This document shows, one piece after another, positions 39,556-53,459 of a stretch of 64,000 nt of DNA. The position numbers and the translations under genes are program-made. Source of the stretch: Eledone cirrhosa (lineage: Eukaryota); the NCBI GenBank assembly GCA_964016885.1, contig CAXHJY010001551.1, positions 1 to 64,000 on the forward strand, in the 5' to 3' direction. The stretch's first letter is position 1. The number at the start of each line of letters is the position of its first letter. A model generated the notes under the pieces. It was given only the letters and a program-made list of their open reading frames with translations, was not told where the DNA came from and did not search any database.

Positions 39556-40899
39556 CCTAAGCTAAGCTATCCTAAGCTAAGCTAAGCTAAGCTATCCTAA
39601 GCTATCCTAAGCTAAGCTATCCTAAGCTATCCTAAGCTAAGCTATCCTAAGCTATCCTAAGCTAAGCTATCCTAAGCTATCCTAAGCTAAGCTAAGCTAA
39701 GCTATCCTAAGCTAAGCTAAGCTAAGCTATCCTAAGCTAAGCTAAGCTATCCAAAGCTATCCTAAGCTAAGCTATCCTAAGCTATCCTAAGCTAAGCTAT
39801 CATAAGCTATCCTAAGCTAAGCTATCCTAAGCTAAGCTATCCTAAGCTATCCTAAGCTAAGCTATCCTAAGCTATCCTAAGCTAAGCTAAGCTAAGCTAT
39901 CCTAAGCTAAGCTAAGCTAAGCTATCCTAAGCTAAGCTATCCTAAGCTAAGCTAAGCTAAGCTATCCTAAGCTATACTATGCTAAGCTATCCTAAGCTAA
40001 GCTATCCTAAGCTATCCTAAGCTAAGCTATCCTAAGCTATCCTAAGCTAAGCTATCCTAAGCTATCCTAAGCTAAGCTAAGCTAAGCTATCCTAAGCTAA
40101 GCTAAGCTAAGCTATCCTAAGCTAAGCTAAGCTATCCTAAGCTAAACTAAGCTAAGCTATCCTAAGCTAAGCTAAGCTAAGTTATCCTAAGCTAAGCTAA
40201 GCTAAGCTATCCTAAGCTAAGCTAAGCTATCCTAAGCTAAGCTAAGCTAAGCTATCCTAAGCTAAGCTAAGCTAAGCTAAGCTATCCTAAGCTAAGCTAA
40301 GCTAAGCTATCCTAAGCTAAGCTAAGCTAAGCTAAGCTATCCTAAGCTAAGCTAAGCTATCCTAAGCTAAGCTAAGCTAAGCTATCCTAAGCTAAGCTAA
40401 GCTAAGCTATCCTAAGCTAAGCTAAGCTAAGCTATCCTAAGCTATCCTAAGCTAAGCTAAGCTAAGCTATCCTAAGCTAAGCTAAGCTAAGCTATCCTAA
40501 GCTATCCTAAGCTAAGCTATCCTAAGCTAAGCTATCCTAAGCTATCCTAAGCTAAGCTATCCTAAGCTAAGCTAAGCTAAGCTATCCTAAGCTAAGCTAT
40601 CCTAAGCTAAGCTATCCTAAGCTATCATAAGCTAAGCTATCCTAAGCTATCCTAAGCTAAGCTATCCTAAGCTATCCTAAGCTAAGCTATCCTAAGCTAT
40701 CCTAAGCTAAGCTAAGCTAAGCTATCCTAAGCTAAGCTAAGCTAAGCTAAGCTATCCTAAGCTAAGCTAAGCTAAGCTATCCTAAGCTAAGCTAAGCTAA
40801 GCTATCCTAAGCTATCCTAAGCTAAGCTATCCTAAGCTAAGCTATCCTAAGCTATCCTAAGCTAAGCTATCCTAAGCTATCCTAAGCTAAGCTATCCTA

Positions 40900-43800
40900 A
40901 GCTAAGCTATCCTAAGCTAAGCTATCCTAAGCTATCCTAAGCTAAGCTATCCTAAGCTATCCTAAGCTAAGCTAAGCTAAGCTATCCTAAGCTAAGCTAA
41001 GCTAAGCTATCCTAAGCTAAGCTAAGCTAAGCTTTCCTAAGCTATCCTAAGCTAAGCTATCCTAAGCTAAGCTATCCTAAGCTATCCTAAGCTAAGCTAT
41101 CCTAAGCTATCCTAAGCTAAGCTATCCTAAGCTATCCTAAGCTAAGCTATCCTAACCTAAGCTATCCTAAGCTATCCTAAGCTAAGCTATCCTAAGCTAT
41201 CCTAAGCTAAGCTATCCTAAGCTATCCTAAGCTAAGCTAAGCTAAGCTATCCTAAACTAAGCTAAGCTATCCTAAGCTAAGCTAAGCTAAGCTATCCTAA
41301 GCTAAGCTAAGCTAAGCTATCCTAAGCTAAGCTAAGCTAAGCTATCCTAAGCTAAGCTAAGCTAAGCTATCCTAAGCCAAGCTAAGCTAAGATATCCTAA
41401 GCCAAGCTAAGCTAAGCTATCCTAAGCTAAGCTAAGCTAAGCTATCCTAAGCTAAGCTAAGCTAAGCTATCCTAAGCTAAGCTAAGCTAAGCTATCCTAA
41501 GCTAAGCTAAGCTAAGCTATCCTAAGCTAAGCTAAGCTAAGCTATCCTAAGCTAAGCTAAGCTAAGCTATCCTAAGCTAAGCTAAGCTAAGCTATCCTAA
41601 GCTAAGCTAAGCTAAGCTATCCTAAGCTAAGCTATCCTAAGCTAAGCTAAGCTAAGCTATCCTAAGCTAAGCTAAGCTAAGCTATCCTAAGCTAAGCTAA
41701 GCTATCCTAAGCTAAGCTAAGCTAAGCTATCCTAAGCTAAGCTAAGCTAAGCTATCCTAAGCTAAGCTAAGCTAAGCTATCCTAAGCTAAGCTAAGCTAA
41801 GCTATTCTAAGCTAAGCTAAGCTAAACTATCCTAAGCTAAGCTAAGCTATCCTAAGCTAAGCTAAGCTAAGCTATCCTAAGCTAAGCTAAGCTAAGCTAA
41901 GCTTTCCTAAGCTATCCTAAGCTAAGCTATCCTAAGCTAAGCTAAGCTAAGCTATCCTAAGCTAAGCTAAGCTATCCTAAGCTAAGCTAAGCTATCCTAA
42001 GCTAAGCTATCCTAAGCTATCCTAAGCTAAGCTATCCTAAGCTATCCTAAGCTAAGCTATCCTAAGCTAAGCTATCCTAAGCTAAGCTATTCTAAGCTAA
42101 GCTAAGCTAAGCTATCCTAAGCTAAGCTAAGCTAAGCTATCCTAAGCTAAGCTAAGCTAAGCTATCCTAAGCTAAGCTAAGCTAAGCTATCCTAAGCTAA
42201 GCTAAGCTAAGCTATCCTAAGCTAAGCTAAGCTAAGCTATCCTAAGCTAAGCTAAGCTATCCTAAGCTAAGCTAAGCTAAGCTATCCTAAGCTAAGCTAA
42301 GCTAAGCTATCCTAAGCTATCCTAAGCTAAGCTATCCTAAGCTAAGCTATCCTAAGCTATCCCAAGCTAAGCTATCCTAAGCTAAGCTAAGCTAAGCTAT
42401 CCTAAGCTAACCTATCCTAAGCTAAGCTATCCTAAGCTATCCTAAGCTAAGCTATCCTAATCTATCCTAAGCTAAGCTATCCTAAGCTATCCTAAGCTAA
42501 GCTATCCTAAGCTATCCTAAGCTAAGCTAAGCTAAGCTATCCTAAGCTATCCTAAGCTAAGCAATCCTAAGCTAAGCTATCCTAAGCTAAGCTATCCTAA
42601 GCTATCCTAAGCTATCCTAAGCTATCCTAAGCTAAGCTATCCTAAGCTATCCTAAGCTAAGCTAAGCTAAGCTATCCTAAGCTAAGCTAAGCTAAGCTCT
42701 CCTAAGCTAAGCTAAGCTAAGCTATCCTAAGCTAAGCTAAGCTTTCCTAAGCTAAGCTAAGCTAAGCTATCCTAAGCTAAGCTAATCTATCCTAAGCTAA
42801 GCTAAGCTAAGCTATCCTAAGCTAAGCTAAGCTAAGCTATCCTAAGCTAAGCTAAGCTAAGCTATCCTAAGCTAAGCTAAGCTATCCTAAGCTAAGCTAA
42901 GCTAAGCTATCCTAAGCTAAGCTAAGATAAGCTATCCTAAGCTAAGCTAAGCTAAGCTATGCTAAGCTAAGCTAAGCTATCCTAAGCTAAGCTAAGCTAA
43001 GCTATCCTAAGCTAAGCTAAGCTAAGCTATCCTAAGCTAAGCTAAGCTAAGCTATCCTAAGCTATCCTAAGCTATCCTAAGCTAAGCTAAGCTAAGCTAT
43101 CCTAAGCTAAGCTAAGCTAAGCTATCCTAAGCTAAGCCAAGCTAAGCTATCCTAAGCTAAGCTAAGCTATCCTAAGCTAAGCTAAGCTAAGCTATCCTAA
43201 GCTAAGCTAAGCTAAGCTATCCTAAGCTATCCTAAGCTAAGCTATCCTAAGCTAAGCTAAGCTAAGCTATCCTAAGCTAAGCTAAGCTAAGCTATCCTAA
43301 GCTAAGCTAAGCTAAGCTATCCTAAGCTAAGCTAAGCTAAGCTATCCTAAGCTAAGCTATCCTAAGCTATCCTAAGCTAAGCTAAGCTAAGCTAACCTAA
43401 GCTAAGCTATCCTAAGCTAAGCTATCCTAAGCTAAGCTATCCTAAGCTAAGCTAAGCTAAGCTATCCTAAGCTAAGCTAAGCTAAGCTATCCTAAGCTAA
43501 GCTAAGCTATCCTAAGCTAAGCTAAGCTAAGCTGTCCTAAGCTAAGCTAAGCTAAGCTATCCTAAGCTAAGCTAAGCTAAGCTATCCTAAGCTAAGCTAA
43601 GCTATCCTAAGCTAAGCTAAGCTAAGCTATCCTAAGCTAAGCTAAGCTAAGCTATCCTAAGCTAAGCTAAGCTAAGCTATCCTAAGCTATCCTAAGCTAT
43701 CCTAAGCTAAGCTATCCTAAGCTATCCTAAGCTAAGCTATCCTAAGCTATCCTAAGCTAAGCTAAGCTAAGCTATCCTAAGCTAAGCTAAGCTAAGCTAT

Positions 43801-46800
43801 CCTAAGCTAAGCTAATCTAAGCTATCCTAAGCTAAGCTAAGCTAAGCTATCCTAAGCTATCCTAAGCTAAGCTATCCTAAGCTAAGCTATCCTAAGCTAT
43901 CCTAAGCTAAGCTATCCTAAGCTATCCTAAGCTAAGCTATCCTAAGCTAAGCTAAGCTAAGCTATCCTAAGCTATCCTAAGCTAAGCTATCCTAAGCTAA
44001 GCTAAGCTAAGCTATCCTAAGCTAAGCTAAGCTAAGCTATCCTAAGCTAAGCTATCCTAAGCTATCCTAAGCTAAGCTATCCTAAGCTATCCTAAGCTAA
44101 GCTAAGCTAAGCTATCCTAAGCTAAGCTAAGCTAAGCTATCCTAAGCTAAGCTAAGCTAAGCTTTCCTAAGCTATCCTAAGCTAAGCTATCCTAAGCTAA
44201 GCTATCCTAAGCTATCCTAAGCTAAGCTATCCTAAGCTATCCTAAGCTAAGCTATCCTAAGCTATCCTAAGCTAAGCTATCCTAACCTAAGCTATCCTAA
44301 GCTATCCTAAGCTAAGCTATCCTAAGCTATCCTAAGCTAAGCTATCCTAAGCTATCCTAAGCTAAGCTAAGCTAAGCTATCCTAAACTAAGCTAAGCTAT
44401 CCTAAGCTAAGCTAAGCTAAGCTATCCTAAGCTAAGCTAAGCTAAGCTATCCTAAGCTAAGCTAAGCTAAGCTATCCTAAGCTAAGCTAAGCTAAGCTAT
44501 CCTAAGCCAAGCTAAGCTAAGATATCCTAAGCCAAGCTAAGCTAAGCTATCCTAAGCTAAGCTAAGCTAAGCTATCCTAAGCTAAGCTAAGCTAAGCTAT
44601 CCTAAGCTAAGCTAAGCTAAGCTATCCTAAGCTAAGCTAAGCTAAGCTATCCTAAGCTAAGCTAAGCTAAGCTATCCTAAGCTAAGCTAAGCTAAGCTAT
44701 CCTAAGCTAAGCTAAGCTAAGCTATCCTAAGCTAAGCTAAGCTAAGCTATCCTAAGCTAAGCTATCCTAAGCTAAGCTAAGCTAAGCTATCCTAATCTAT
44801 CCTAAGCTAAGCTATCCTAAGCTATCCTAAGCTAAGCTATCCTAAGCTATCCTAAGCTAAGCTAAGCTAAGCTATCCTAAGCTATCCTAAGCTAAGCTAT
44901 CCTAAGCTAAGCTATCCTAAGCTAAGCTATCCTAAGCTATCCTAAGCTAAGCTATCCTAAGCTATCCTAAGCTAAGCTATCCTAAGCTATCCTAAGCTAA
45001 GCTAAGCTAAGCTATCCTAAGCTAAGCTAAGCTAAGCTCTCCTAAGCTAAGCTAAGCTAAGCTATCCTAAGCTAAGCTAAGCTTTCCTAAGCTAAGCTAA
45101 GCTAAGCTATCCTAAGCTAAGCTAATCTATCCTAAGCTAAGCTAAGCTAAGCTATCCTAAGCTAAGCTAAGCTAAGCTATCCTAAGCTAAGCTAAGCTAA
45201 GCTATCCTAAGCTAAGCTAAGCTATCCTAAGCTAAGCTAAGCTAAGCTATCCTAAGCTAAGCTAAGATAAGCTATCCTAAGCTAAGCTAAGCTAAGCTAT
45301 GCTAAGCTAAGCTAAGCTATCCTAAGCTAAGCTAAGCTAAGCTATCCTAAGCTAAGCTAAGCTAAGCTATCCTAAGCTAAGCTAAGCTAAGCTATCCTAA
45401 GCTATCCTAAGCTATCCTAAGCTAAGCTAAGCTAAGCTATCCTAAGCTAAGCTAAGCTAAGCTATCCTAAGCTAAGCCAAGCTAAGCTATCCTAAGCTAA
45501 GCTAAGCTATCCTAAGCTAAGCTAAGCTAAGCTATCCTAAGCTAAGCTAAGCTAAGCTATCCTAAGCTATCCTAAGCTAAGCTATCCTAAGCTAAGCTAA
45601 GCTAAGCTATCCTAAGCTAAGCTAAGCTAAGCTATCCTAAGCTAAGCTAAGCTAAGCTATCCTAAGCTAAGCTAAGCTAAGCTATCCTAAGCTAAGCTAT
45701 CCTAAGCTATCCTAAGCTAAGCTAAGCTAAGCTAACCTAAGCTAAGCTATCCTAAGCTAAGCTATCCTAAGCTAAGCTATCCTAAGCTAAGCTAAGCTAA
45801 GCTATCCTAAGCTAAGCTAAGCTAAGCTATCCTAAGCTAAGCTAAGCTATCCTAAGCTAAGCTAAGCTAAGCTGTCCTAAGCTAAGCTAAGCTAAGCTAT
45901 CCTAAGCTAAGCTAAGCTAAGCTATCCTAAGCTAAGCTAAGCTATCCTAAGCTAAGCTAAGCTAAGCTATCCTAAGCTAAGCTAAGCTAAGCTATCCTAA
46001 GCTAAGCTAAGCTAAGCTATCCTAAGCTATCCTAAGCTATCCTAAGCTAAGCTATCCTAAGCTATCCTAAGCTAAGCTATCCTAAGCTATCCTAAGCTAA
46101 GCTAAGCTAAGCTATCCTAAGCTAAGCTAAGCTAAGCTATCCTAAGCTAAGCTAATCTAAGCTATCCTAAGCTAAGCTAAGCTAAGCTATCCTAAGCTAT
46201 CCTAAGCTAAGCTATCCTAAGCTAAGCTATCCTAAGCTATCCTAAGCTAAGCTATCCTAAGCTATCCTAAGCTAAGCTATCCTAAGCTAAGCTAAGCTAA
46301 GCTATCCTAAGCTATCCTAAGCTAAGCTATCCTAAGCTAAGCTAAGCTAAGCTATCCTAAGCTAAGCTAAGCTAAGCTATCCTAAGCTAAGCTATCCTAA
46401 GCTATCCTAAGCTAAGCTATCCTAAGCTATCCTAAGCTAAGCTAAGCTAAGCTATCCTAAGCTAAGCTAAGCTAAGCTATCCTAAGCTAAGCTAAGCTAA
46501 GCTTTCCTAAGCTATCCTAAGCTAAGCTATCCTAAGCTAAGCTATCCTAAGCTATCCTAAGCTAAGCTATCCTAAGCTATCCTAAGCTAAGCTATCCTAA
46601 GCTATCCTAAGCTAAGCTATCCTAACCTAAGCTATCCTAAGCTATCCTAAGCTAAGCTAAGCTAAGCTATCCTAAGCTAAGCTAAGCTAAGCTATCCTAA
46701 GCTAAGCTAAGCTATCCTAAGCTAAGCTAAGCTAAGCTAAGCTAAGCTATCCTAAGCTAAGCTATCCTAAGCTAAGCTAAGCTAAGCTATCCTAAGCTAA

Positions 46801-49800
46801 GCTAAGCTAAGCTATCCTAAGCTAAGCTAAGCTATCCTAAGCTAATCTAAGCTAAGCTATCCTAAGCTAAGCTAAGCTAAGCTATCCTAAGCTAAGCTAA
46901 GCTAAGCTATCCTAAGCTATCCTAAGCTAAGCTAAGCTAAGCTATCCTAAGCTAAGCTAAGCTAAGCTATCCTAAGCTAAGCTAAGCTAAGCTATCCTAA
47001 GCTAAGCTAAGCTATCCTAAGCTAAGCTAAGCTAAGCTATCCTAAGCTAAGCTAAGCTAAGCTATCCTAAGCTAAGCTAAGCTAAGCTATCCTAACTAAG
47101 CTAAGCTATCCTAAGCTAAGCTATCCTAAGCTATCCTAAGCTAAGCTATCCTAAGCTATCCTAAGCTAAGCTAAGCTAAGCTAACCTAAGCTAAGCTATC
47201 CTAAGCTAAGCTATCCTAAGCTAAGCTATCCTAAGCTAAGCTAAGCTAAGCTATCCTAAGCTAAGCTAAGCTAAGCTATCCTAAGCTAATCTAAGCTAAG
47301 CTATCCTAAGCTAAGCTAAGCTAAGCTATCCTAAGCTAAGCTAAGCTATCCTAAGCTAAGCTAAGCTATCCTAAGCTAAGCTAAGCTAAGCTATCCTAAG
47401 CTAAGCTAAGCCAAGCTATCCTAAGCTAAGCTAAGCTAAGCTAAGCTATCCTAAGCTATCCTAAGCTAAGCTATCCTAAGCTAAGCTATCCTAAGCTATC
47501 CTAAGCTAAGCTATCCTAAGCTAAGCTATCCTAAGCTATCCTAAGCTAAGCTATCCTAAGCTATCCTAAGCTAAGCTATCCTAAGCTATCCTAAGCTAAG
47601 CTATCCTAAGCTATCCTAAGCTAAGCTAAGCTAAGCTAAGCTAAGCTATCCTAAGCTAAGCTAAGCTAAGCTATCCTAAGCTAAGCTAAGCTAAGCTAAG
47701 CTATCCTAAGCTAAGCTAAGCTAAGCTATCCTAAGCTAAGCTAAGCTAAGCTATCCTAAGCTAAGCTAAGCTATCCTAAGCTAAGCTAAGCTAAGCTATC
47801 CTAAGCTAAGCTAAGATAAGCTATCCTAAGCTAAGCTAAGCTAAGCTATGCTAAGCTAAGCTAAGCTATCCTAAGCTAAGCTAAGCTAAGCTATCCTAAG
47901 CTAAGCTAAGCTAAGCTATCCTAAGCTAAGCTAAGCTAAGCTATCCTAAGCTATCCTAAGCTATCCTAAGCTAAGCTAAGCTAAGCTATCCTAAGCTAAG
48001 CTAAGCTAAGCTATCCTAAGCTAAGCCAAGCTAAGCTATCCTAAGCTAAGCTAAGCTATCCTAAGCTAAGCTAAGCTAAGCTATCCTAAGCTAAGCTAAG
48101 CTAAGCTATCCTAAGCTATCCTAAGCTAAGCTATCCTAAGCTAAGCTAAGCTAAGCTATCCTAAGCTAAGCTAAGCTAAGCTATCCTAAGCTAAGCTAAG
48201 CTAAGCTATCCTAAGCTAAGCTAAGCTAAGCTATCCTAAGCTAAGCTATCCTAAGCTATCCTAAGCTAAGCTAAGCTAAGCTAACCTAAGCTAAGCTATC
48301 CTAAGCTAAGCTATCCTAAGCTAAGCTATCCTAAGCTAAGCTAAGCTAAGCTATCCTAAGCTAAGCTAAGCTAAGCTATCCTAAGCTAAGCTAAGCTATC
48401 CTAAGCTAAGCTAAGCTAAGCTGTCCTAAGCTAAGCTAAGCTAAGCTATCCTAAGCTAAGCTAAGCTAAGCTATCCTAAGCTAAGCTAAGCTATCCTAAG
48501 CTAAGCTAAGCTAAGCTATCCTAAGCTAAGCTAAGCTAAGCTATCCTAAGCTAAGCTAAGCTAAGCTATCCTAAGCTATCCTAAGCTATCCTAAGCTAAG
48601 CTATCCTAAGCTATCCTAAGCTAAGCTATCCTAAGCTATCCTAAGCTAAGCTAAGCTAAGCTATCCTAAGCTAAGCTAAGCTAAGCTATCCTAAGCTAAG
48701 CTAATCTAAGCTATCCTAAGCTAAGCTAAGCTAAGCTATCCTAAGCTATCCTAAGCTAAGCTATCCTAAGCTAAGCTATCCTAAGCTATCCTAAGCTAAG
48801 CTATCCTAAGCTATCCTAAGCTAAGCTATCCTAAGCTAAGCTAAGCTAAGCTATCCTAAGCTATCCTAAGCTAAGCTATCCTAAGCTAAGCTAAGCTAAG
48901 CTATCCTAAGCTAAGCTAAGCTAAGCTATCCTAAGCTAAGCTATCCTAAGCTATCCTAAGCTAAGCTATCCTAAGCTATCCTAAGCTAAGCTAAGCTAAG
49001 CTATCCTAAGCTAAGCTAAGCTAAGCTATCCTAAGCTAAGCTAAGCTAAGCTTTCCTAAGCTATCCTAAGCTAAGCTATCCTAAGCTAAGCTATCCTAAG
49101 CTATCCTAAGCTAAGCTATCCTAAGCTATCCTAAGCTAAGCTATCCTAAGCTATCCTAAGCTAAGCTATCCTAACCTAAGCTATCCTAAGCTATCCTAAG
49201 CTAAGCTAAGCTAAGCTATCCTAAGCTAAGCTAAGCTAAGCTATCCTAAGCTAAGCTAAGCTATCCTAAGCTAAGCTAAGCTAAGCTAAGCTATCCTAAG
49301 CTAAGCTATCCTAAGCTAAGCTAAGCTAAGCTATCCTAAGCTAAGCTAAGCTAAGCTATCCTAAGCTAAGCTAAGCTATCCTAAGCTAATCTAAGCTAAG
49401 CTATCCTAAGCTAAGCTAAGCTAAGCTATCCTAAGCTAAGCTAAGCTAAGCTATCCTAAGCTATCCTAAGCTAAGCTAAGCTAAGCTATCCTAAGCTAAG
49501 CTAAGCTAAGCTATCCTAAGCTAAGCTAAGCTAAGCTATCCTAAGCTAAGCTAAGCTATCCTAAGCTAAGCTAAGCTAAGCTATCCTAAGCTAAGCTAAG
49601 CTAAGCTATCCTAAGCTAAGCTAAGCTAAGCTATCCTAACTAAGCTAAGCTATCCTAAGCTAAGCTATCCTAAGCTATCCTAAGCTAAGCTATCCTAAGC
49701 TATCCTAAGCTAAGCTAAGCTAAGCTAACCTAAGCTAAGCTATCCTAAGCTAAGCTATCCTAAGCTAAGCTATCCTAAGCTAAGCTAAGCTAAGCTATCC

Positions 49801-50200
49801 TAAGCTAAGCTAAGCTAAGCTATCCTAAGCTAATCTAAGCTAAGCTATCCTAAGCTAAGCTAAGCTAAGCTATCCTAAGCTAAGCTAAGCTATCCTAAGC
49901 TAAGCTAAGCTATCCTAAGCTAAGCTAAGCTAAGCTATCCTAAGCTAAGCTAAGCCAAGCTATCCTAAGCTAAGCTAAGCTAAGCTAAGCTATCCTAAGC
50001 TATCCTAAGCTAAGCTATCCTAAGCTAAGCTATCCTAAGCTATCCTAAGCTAAGCTATCCTAAGCTAAGCTATCCTAAGCTATCCTAAGCTAAGCTATCC
50101 TAAGCTATCCTAAGCTAAGCTATCCTAAGCTATCCTAAGCTAAGCTATCCTAAGCTATCCTAAGCTAAGCTAAGCTAAGCTAAGCTAAGCTATCCTAAGC
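40900..50200 (+). repeat. Mosaic of overlapping 2.3-3.1-kb duplications
   Basis: Offset 3130: CTTTC 41032/44162, CTAAA 41252/44382, ATATC 41392/44522. Offsets 2340 and 2549: ATAAG 42927/45267/47816, CTGTC 43532/45872/48421. Offset 2544: CTAA deletion 47092/49636. Confidence 0.8.
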
Positions 50201-53200
50201 TAAGCTAAGCTAAGCTATCCTAAGCTAAGCTAAGCTAAGCTATCCTAAGCTATCCTAAGCTAAGCTATCCTAAGCTAAGCTATCCTAAGCTATCCTAAGC
50301 TATCCTAAGCTATCCTAAGCTAAGCTATCCTAAGCTAAGCTATCCTAAGCTATCCTAAGCTAAGCTATCCTAAGCTAAGCTAAGCTAAGCTATCCTAAGC
50401 TAAGCTAAGCTAAGCTAAGCTATCCTAAGCTAAGCTAAGCTATCCTAAGCTAAGCTAAGCTAAGCTATCCTAAGCTAAGCTAAGCTATCCCAAGATAAGC
50501 TAAGCTAAGCTATCCTAAGCTAAGCTAAGCTATCCTAAGCTAAGCTAAGCTAAGCTATCCTAAGCTAAGCTAAGCTAAGCTATCCTAAGCTAAGCTAAGC
50601 TAAGCTATCCTAAGCTAAGTTAAGCTAAGCTATACTAAGCTAAGCTAAGCTAAGCTATCCTAAGCTAAGCTAAGCTAAGCTATCCTAAGCTATCCTAAGC
50701 TATCCTAAGCTAAGCTAAGCTAAGCTATCCTAAGCTAAGCTAAGCTATCCTAAGCTATCCTAAGCTATGCTATCCTAAGCTAAGCTATCTTAAGCTATCC
50801 TAAGCTAAGCTATCCTAAGCTATCCTAAGCTAAGCTGTCCTAAGCTAAGCTATCCTAAGCTAACCTAAGCTAAGCTATCCTAAGCTAAGCTATCCTAAGC
50901 TGTCCTAAGCTAAGCTATCCTAAGCTATCCTAAGCTAAGCTAAGCTAAGCTATCCTAAGCTAAGCTAAGCTAAGCTATCCTAAGCTAAGCTAAGCTAAGC
51001 TATCCTAAGCAAAGCTAAGCTAAGCTATCCTAAGCTATCCTAAGCTAAGCTATCCTAAGCTAAGCTATCCTAAGCTATCCTAAGCTAAGCTATCCTAAGC
51101 TAAGCTATCCTAAGCTAAGCTATCCTAAGCTATCCTAAGCTAAGCTATCCTAAGCTATCCTAAGCTAAGCTAATCTAAGCTATCCTAAGCTAAGCTAAGC
51201 TAAGCTATCCTAAGCTAAGCTAAGCTAAGCTATCCTAAGCCATCCTAAGCTAAGCTATCCTAAGCTAAGCTATCCTAAGCTATCCTAAGCTAAGCTATCC
51301 TAAGCTAAGCTATCCTAAGCTATCCTAAGCTAAGCTATCCTAAGTTATCCTAAGCTAAGCTATCCTAAGCTATCCTAAGCTAAGCTATCCTAAGCTATCC
51401 TAAGCTAAGCTAAGCTAAGCTATCCTAAGCTAAGCTAAGCTAAGCTAAGCTATCCTAAGCTAAGCTAAGCTAAGCTATCCTAAGCTAAGCTAAGCTAAGC
51501 TATCCTAAGCTATCCTAAGCTAAGCTATCCTAAGCTAAGCTATCCTAAGCTATCCTAAGCTATCCTAAGCTATCCTAAGCTAAGCTATCCTAAGCTAAGC
51601 TATCCTAAGCTATCCTAAGCTAAGCTATCCTAAGCTAAGCTAAGCTAAGCTATCCTAAGCTAAGCTAAGCTAAGCTAAGCTATCCTAAGCTAAGCTAAGC
51701 TATCCTAAGCTAAGCTAAGCTAAGCTATCCTAAGCTAAGCTAAGCTATCCCAAGATAAGCTAAGCTAAGCTATCCTAAGCTAAGCTAAGCTAAGCTATCC
51801 TAAGCTAAGCTAAGCTAAGCTATCCTAAGCTAAGCTAAGCTAAGCTATCCTAAGCTAAGCTAAGCTAAGCTATCCTAAGCTAAGTTAAGCTAAGCTATAC
51901 TAAGCTAAGCTAAGCTAAGCTATCCTAAGCTAAGCTAAGCTAAGCTATCCTAAGCTATCCTAAGCTATCCTAAGCTATCCTAAGCTATCCTAAGCTAAGC
52001 TAAGCTAAGCTATCCTAAGCTAAGCTAAGCTATCCTAAGCTATCCTAAGCTATGCTATCCTAAGCTAAGCTATCTTAAGCTATCCTAAGCTAAGCTATCC
52101 TAAGCTATCCTAAGCTAAGCTATCCTAAGCTAAGCTATCCTAAGCTAACCTAAGCTAAGCTATCCTAAGCTAAGCTATCCTAAGCTGTCCTAAGCTAAGC
52201 TATCCTAAGCTATCCTAAGCTAAGCTAAGCTAAGCTATCCTAAGCTAAGCTAAGCTAAGCTATCCTAAGCTAAGCTAAGCTAAGCTATCCTAAGCAAAGC
52301 TAAGCTAAGCTATCCTAAGCTATCCTAAGCTAAGCTATCCTAAGCTAAGCTATCCTAAGCTAAGCTATCCTAAGCTATCCTAAGCTAAGCTATCCTAAGC
52401 TAAGCTATCCTAAGCTAAGCTATCCTAAGCTATCCTAAGCTAAGCTATCCTAAGCTATCCTAAGCTAAGCTAATCTAAGCTATCCTAAGCTAAGCTAAGC
52501 TAAGCTATCCTAAGCTAAGCTAAGCTAAGCTATCCTAAGCCATCCTAAGCTAAGCTATCCTAAGCTAAGTTATCCTAAGCTATCCTAAGCTAAGCTATCC
52601 TAAGCTAAGCGATCCTAAGCTATCCTAAGCTAAGCTATCCTAAGCTATCCTAAGCTAAGCTATCCTAAGCTATCCAAAGCTAAGCTATCCTAAGCTATCC
52701 TAAGCTAAGCTAAGCTATCCTAAGCTAAGCTAAGCTAAGCTATCCTAAGCTAAGCTAAGCTAAGCTATCCTAAGCTAAGCTAAGCTAAGCTATCCTAAGC
52801 TAAGCTAAGCTAAGCTATCCTAAGCTATCCTAAGCTAAGCTATCCTAAGCTAAGATATCCTAAGCTATCCTAAGCTAAGCTATCCTAATCTATCCTAAGC
52901 TAAGCTATCCTAAGCTATCCTAAGCTAAGCTATCCTAAGCTATCCAAAGCTAAGCTATCCTAAGCTATCCTAAGCTAAGCTAAGCTAAGCTATCCTAAGC
53001 TAAGCTGAGCTAAGCTATCCTAAGCTAAGCTAAGCTAAGCTATCCTAAGCTAAGCTAAGCTAAGCTATCCTAAGCTATCCTAAGCTAAGCTATCCTAAGC
53101 TATCCTAAGCTAAGCTATCCTAAGCTATCCTAAGCTAAGCTAAACTAAGCTATCCTAAGCTAAGCTAAGCTAAGCTATCCAAAGCTATCCTAAGCTAAGC

Positions 53201-53430
53201 TATCCTAAGCTAAGCTATCCTAAGCTATCCTAAGCTAAGCTATCATAAGCTATCCTAAGCTAAGCTATCCTAAGCTAAGCTATCCTAGGCTAAGCTATCC
53301 TAAGTTATCCTAAGCTAAGCTATCCTAAGCTATCCTAAGCTAAGCTATCCTAAGCTATCCTAAGCTAAGCTAAGCTATCCTAAGCTAAGCTAAGCTAAGC
53401 TATCCTAAGCTAAGCTAAGCTAAGCTATCC
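49250..53430 (+). repeat. Dispersed third copy of the ~26.5-30.7-kb segment
   Basis: CCAAG-ATAAG at 50490 and 51750 (cf. 27779 and 29029). The CTATG-CTATC, CCATC, CGATC, ATATC, CTGAG and CTAGG markers follow in the same order as at 28-30.6 kb. Offset is about 22.7 kb. Confidence 0.8.
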
Positions 53431-53459
53431 TAAGCTAAGCTAAGCTAAGCTAAGCTAAG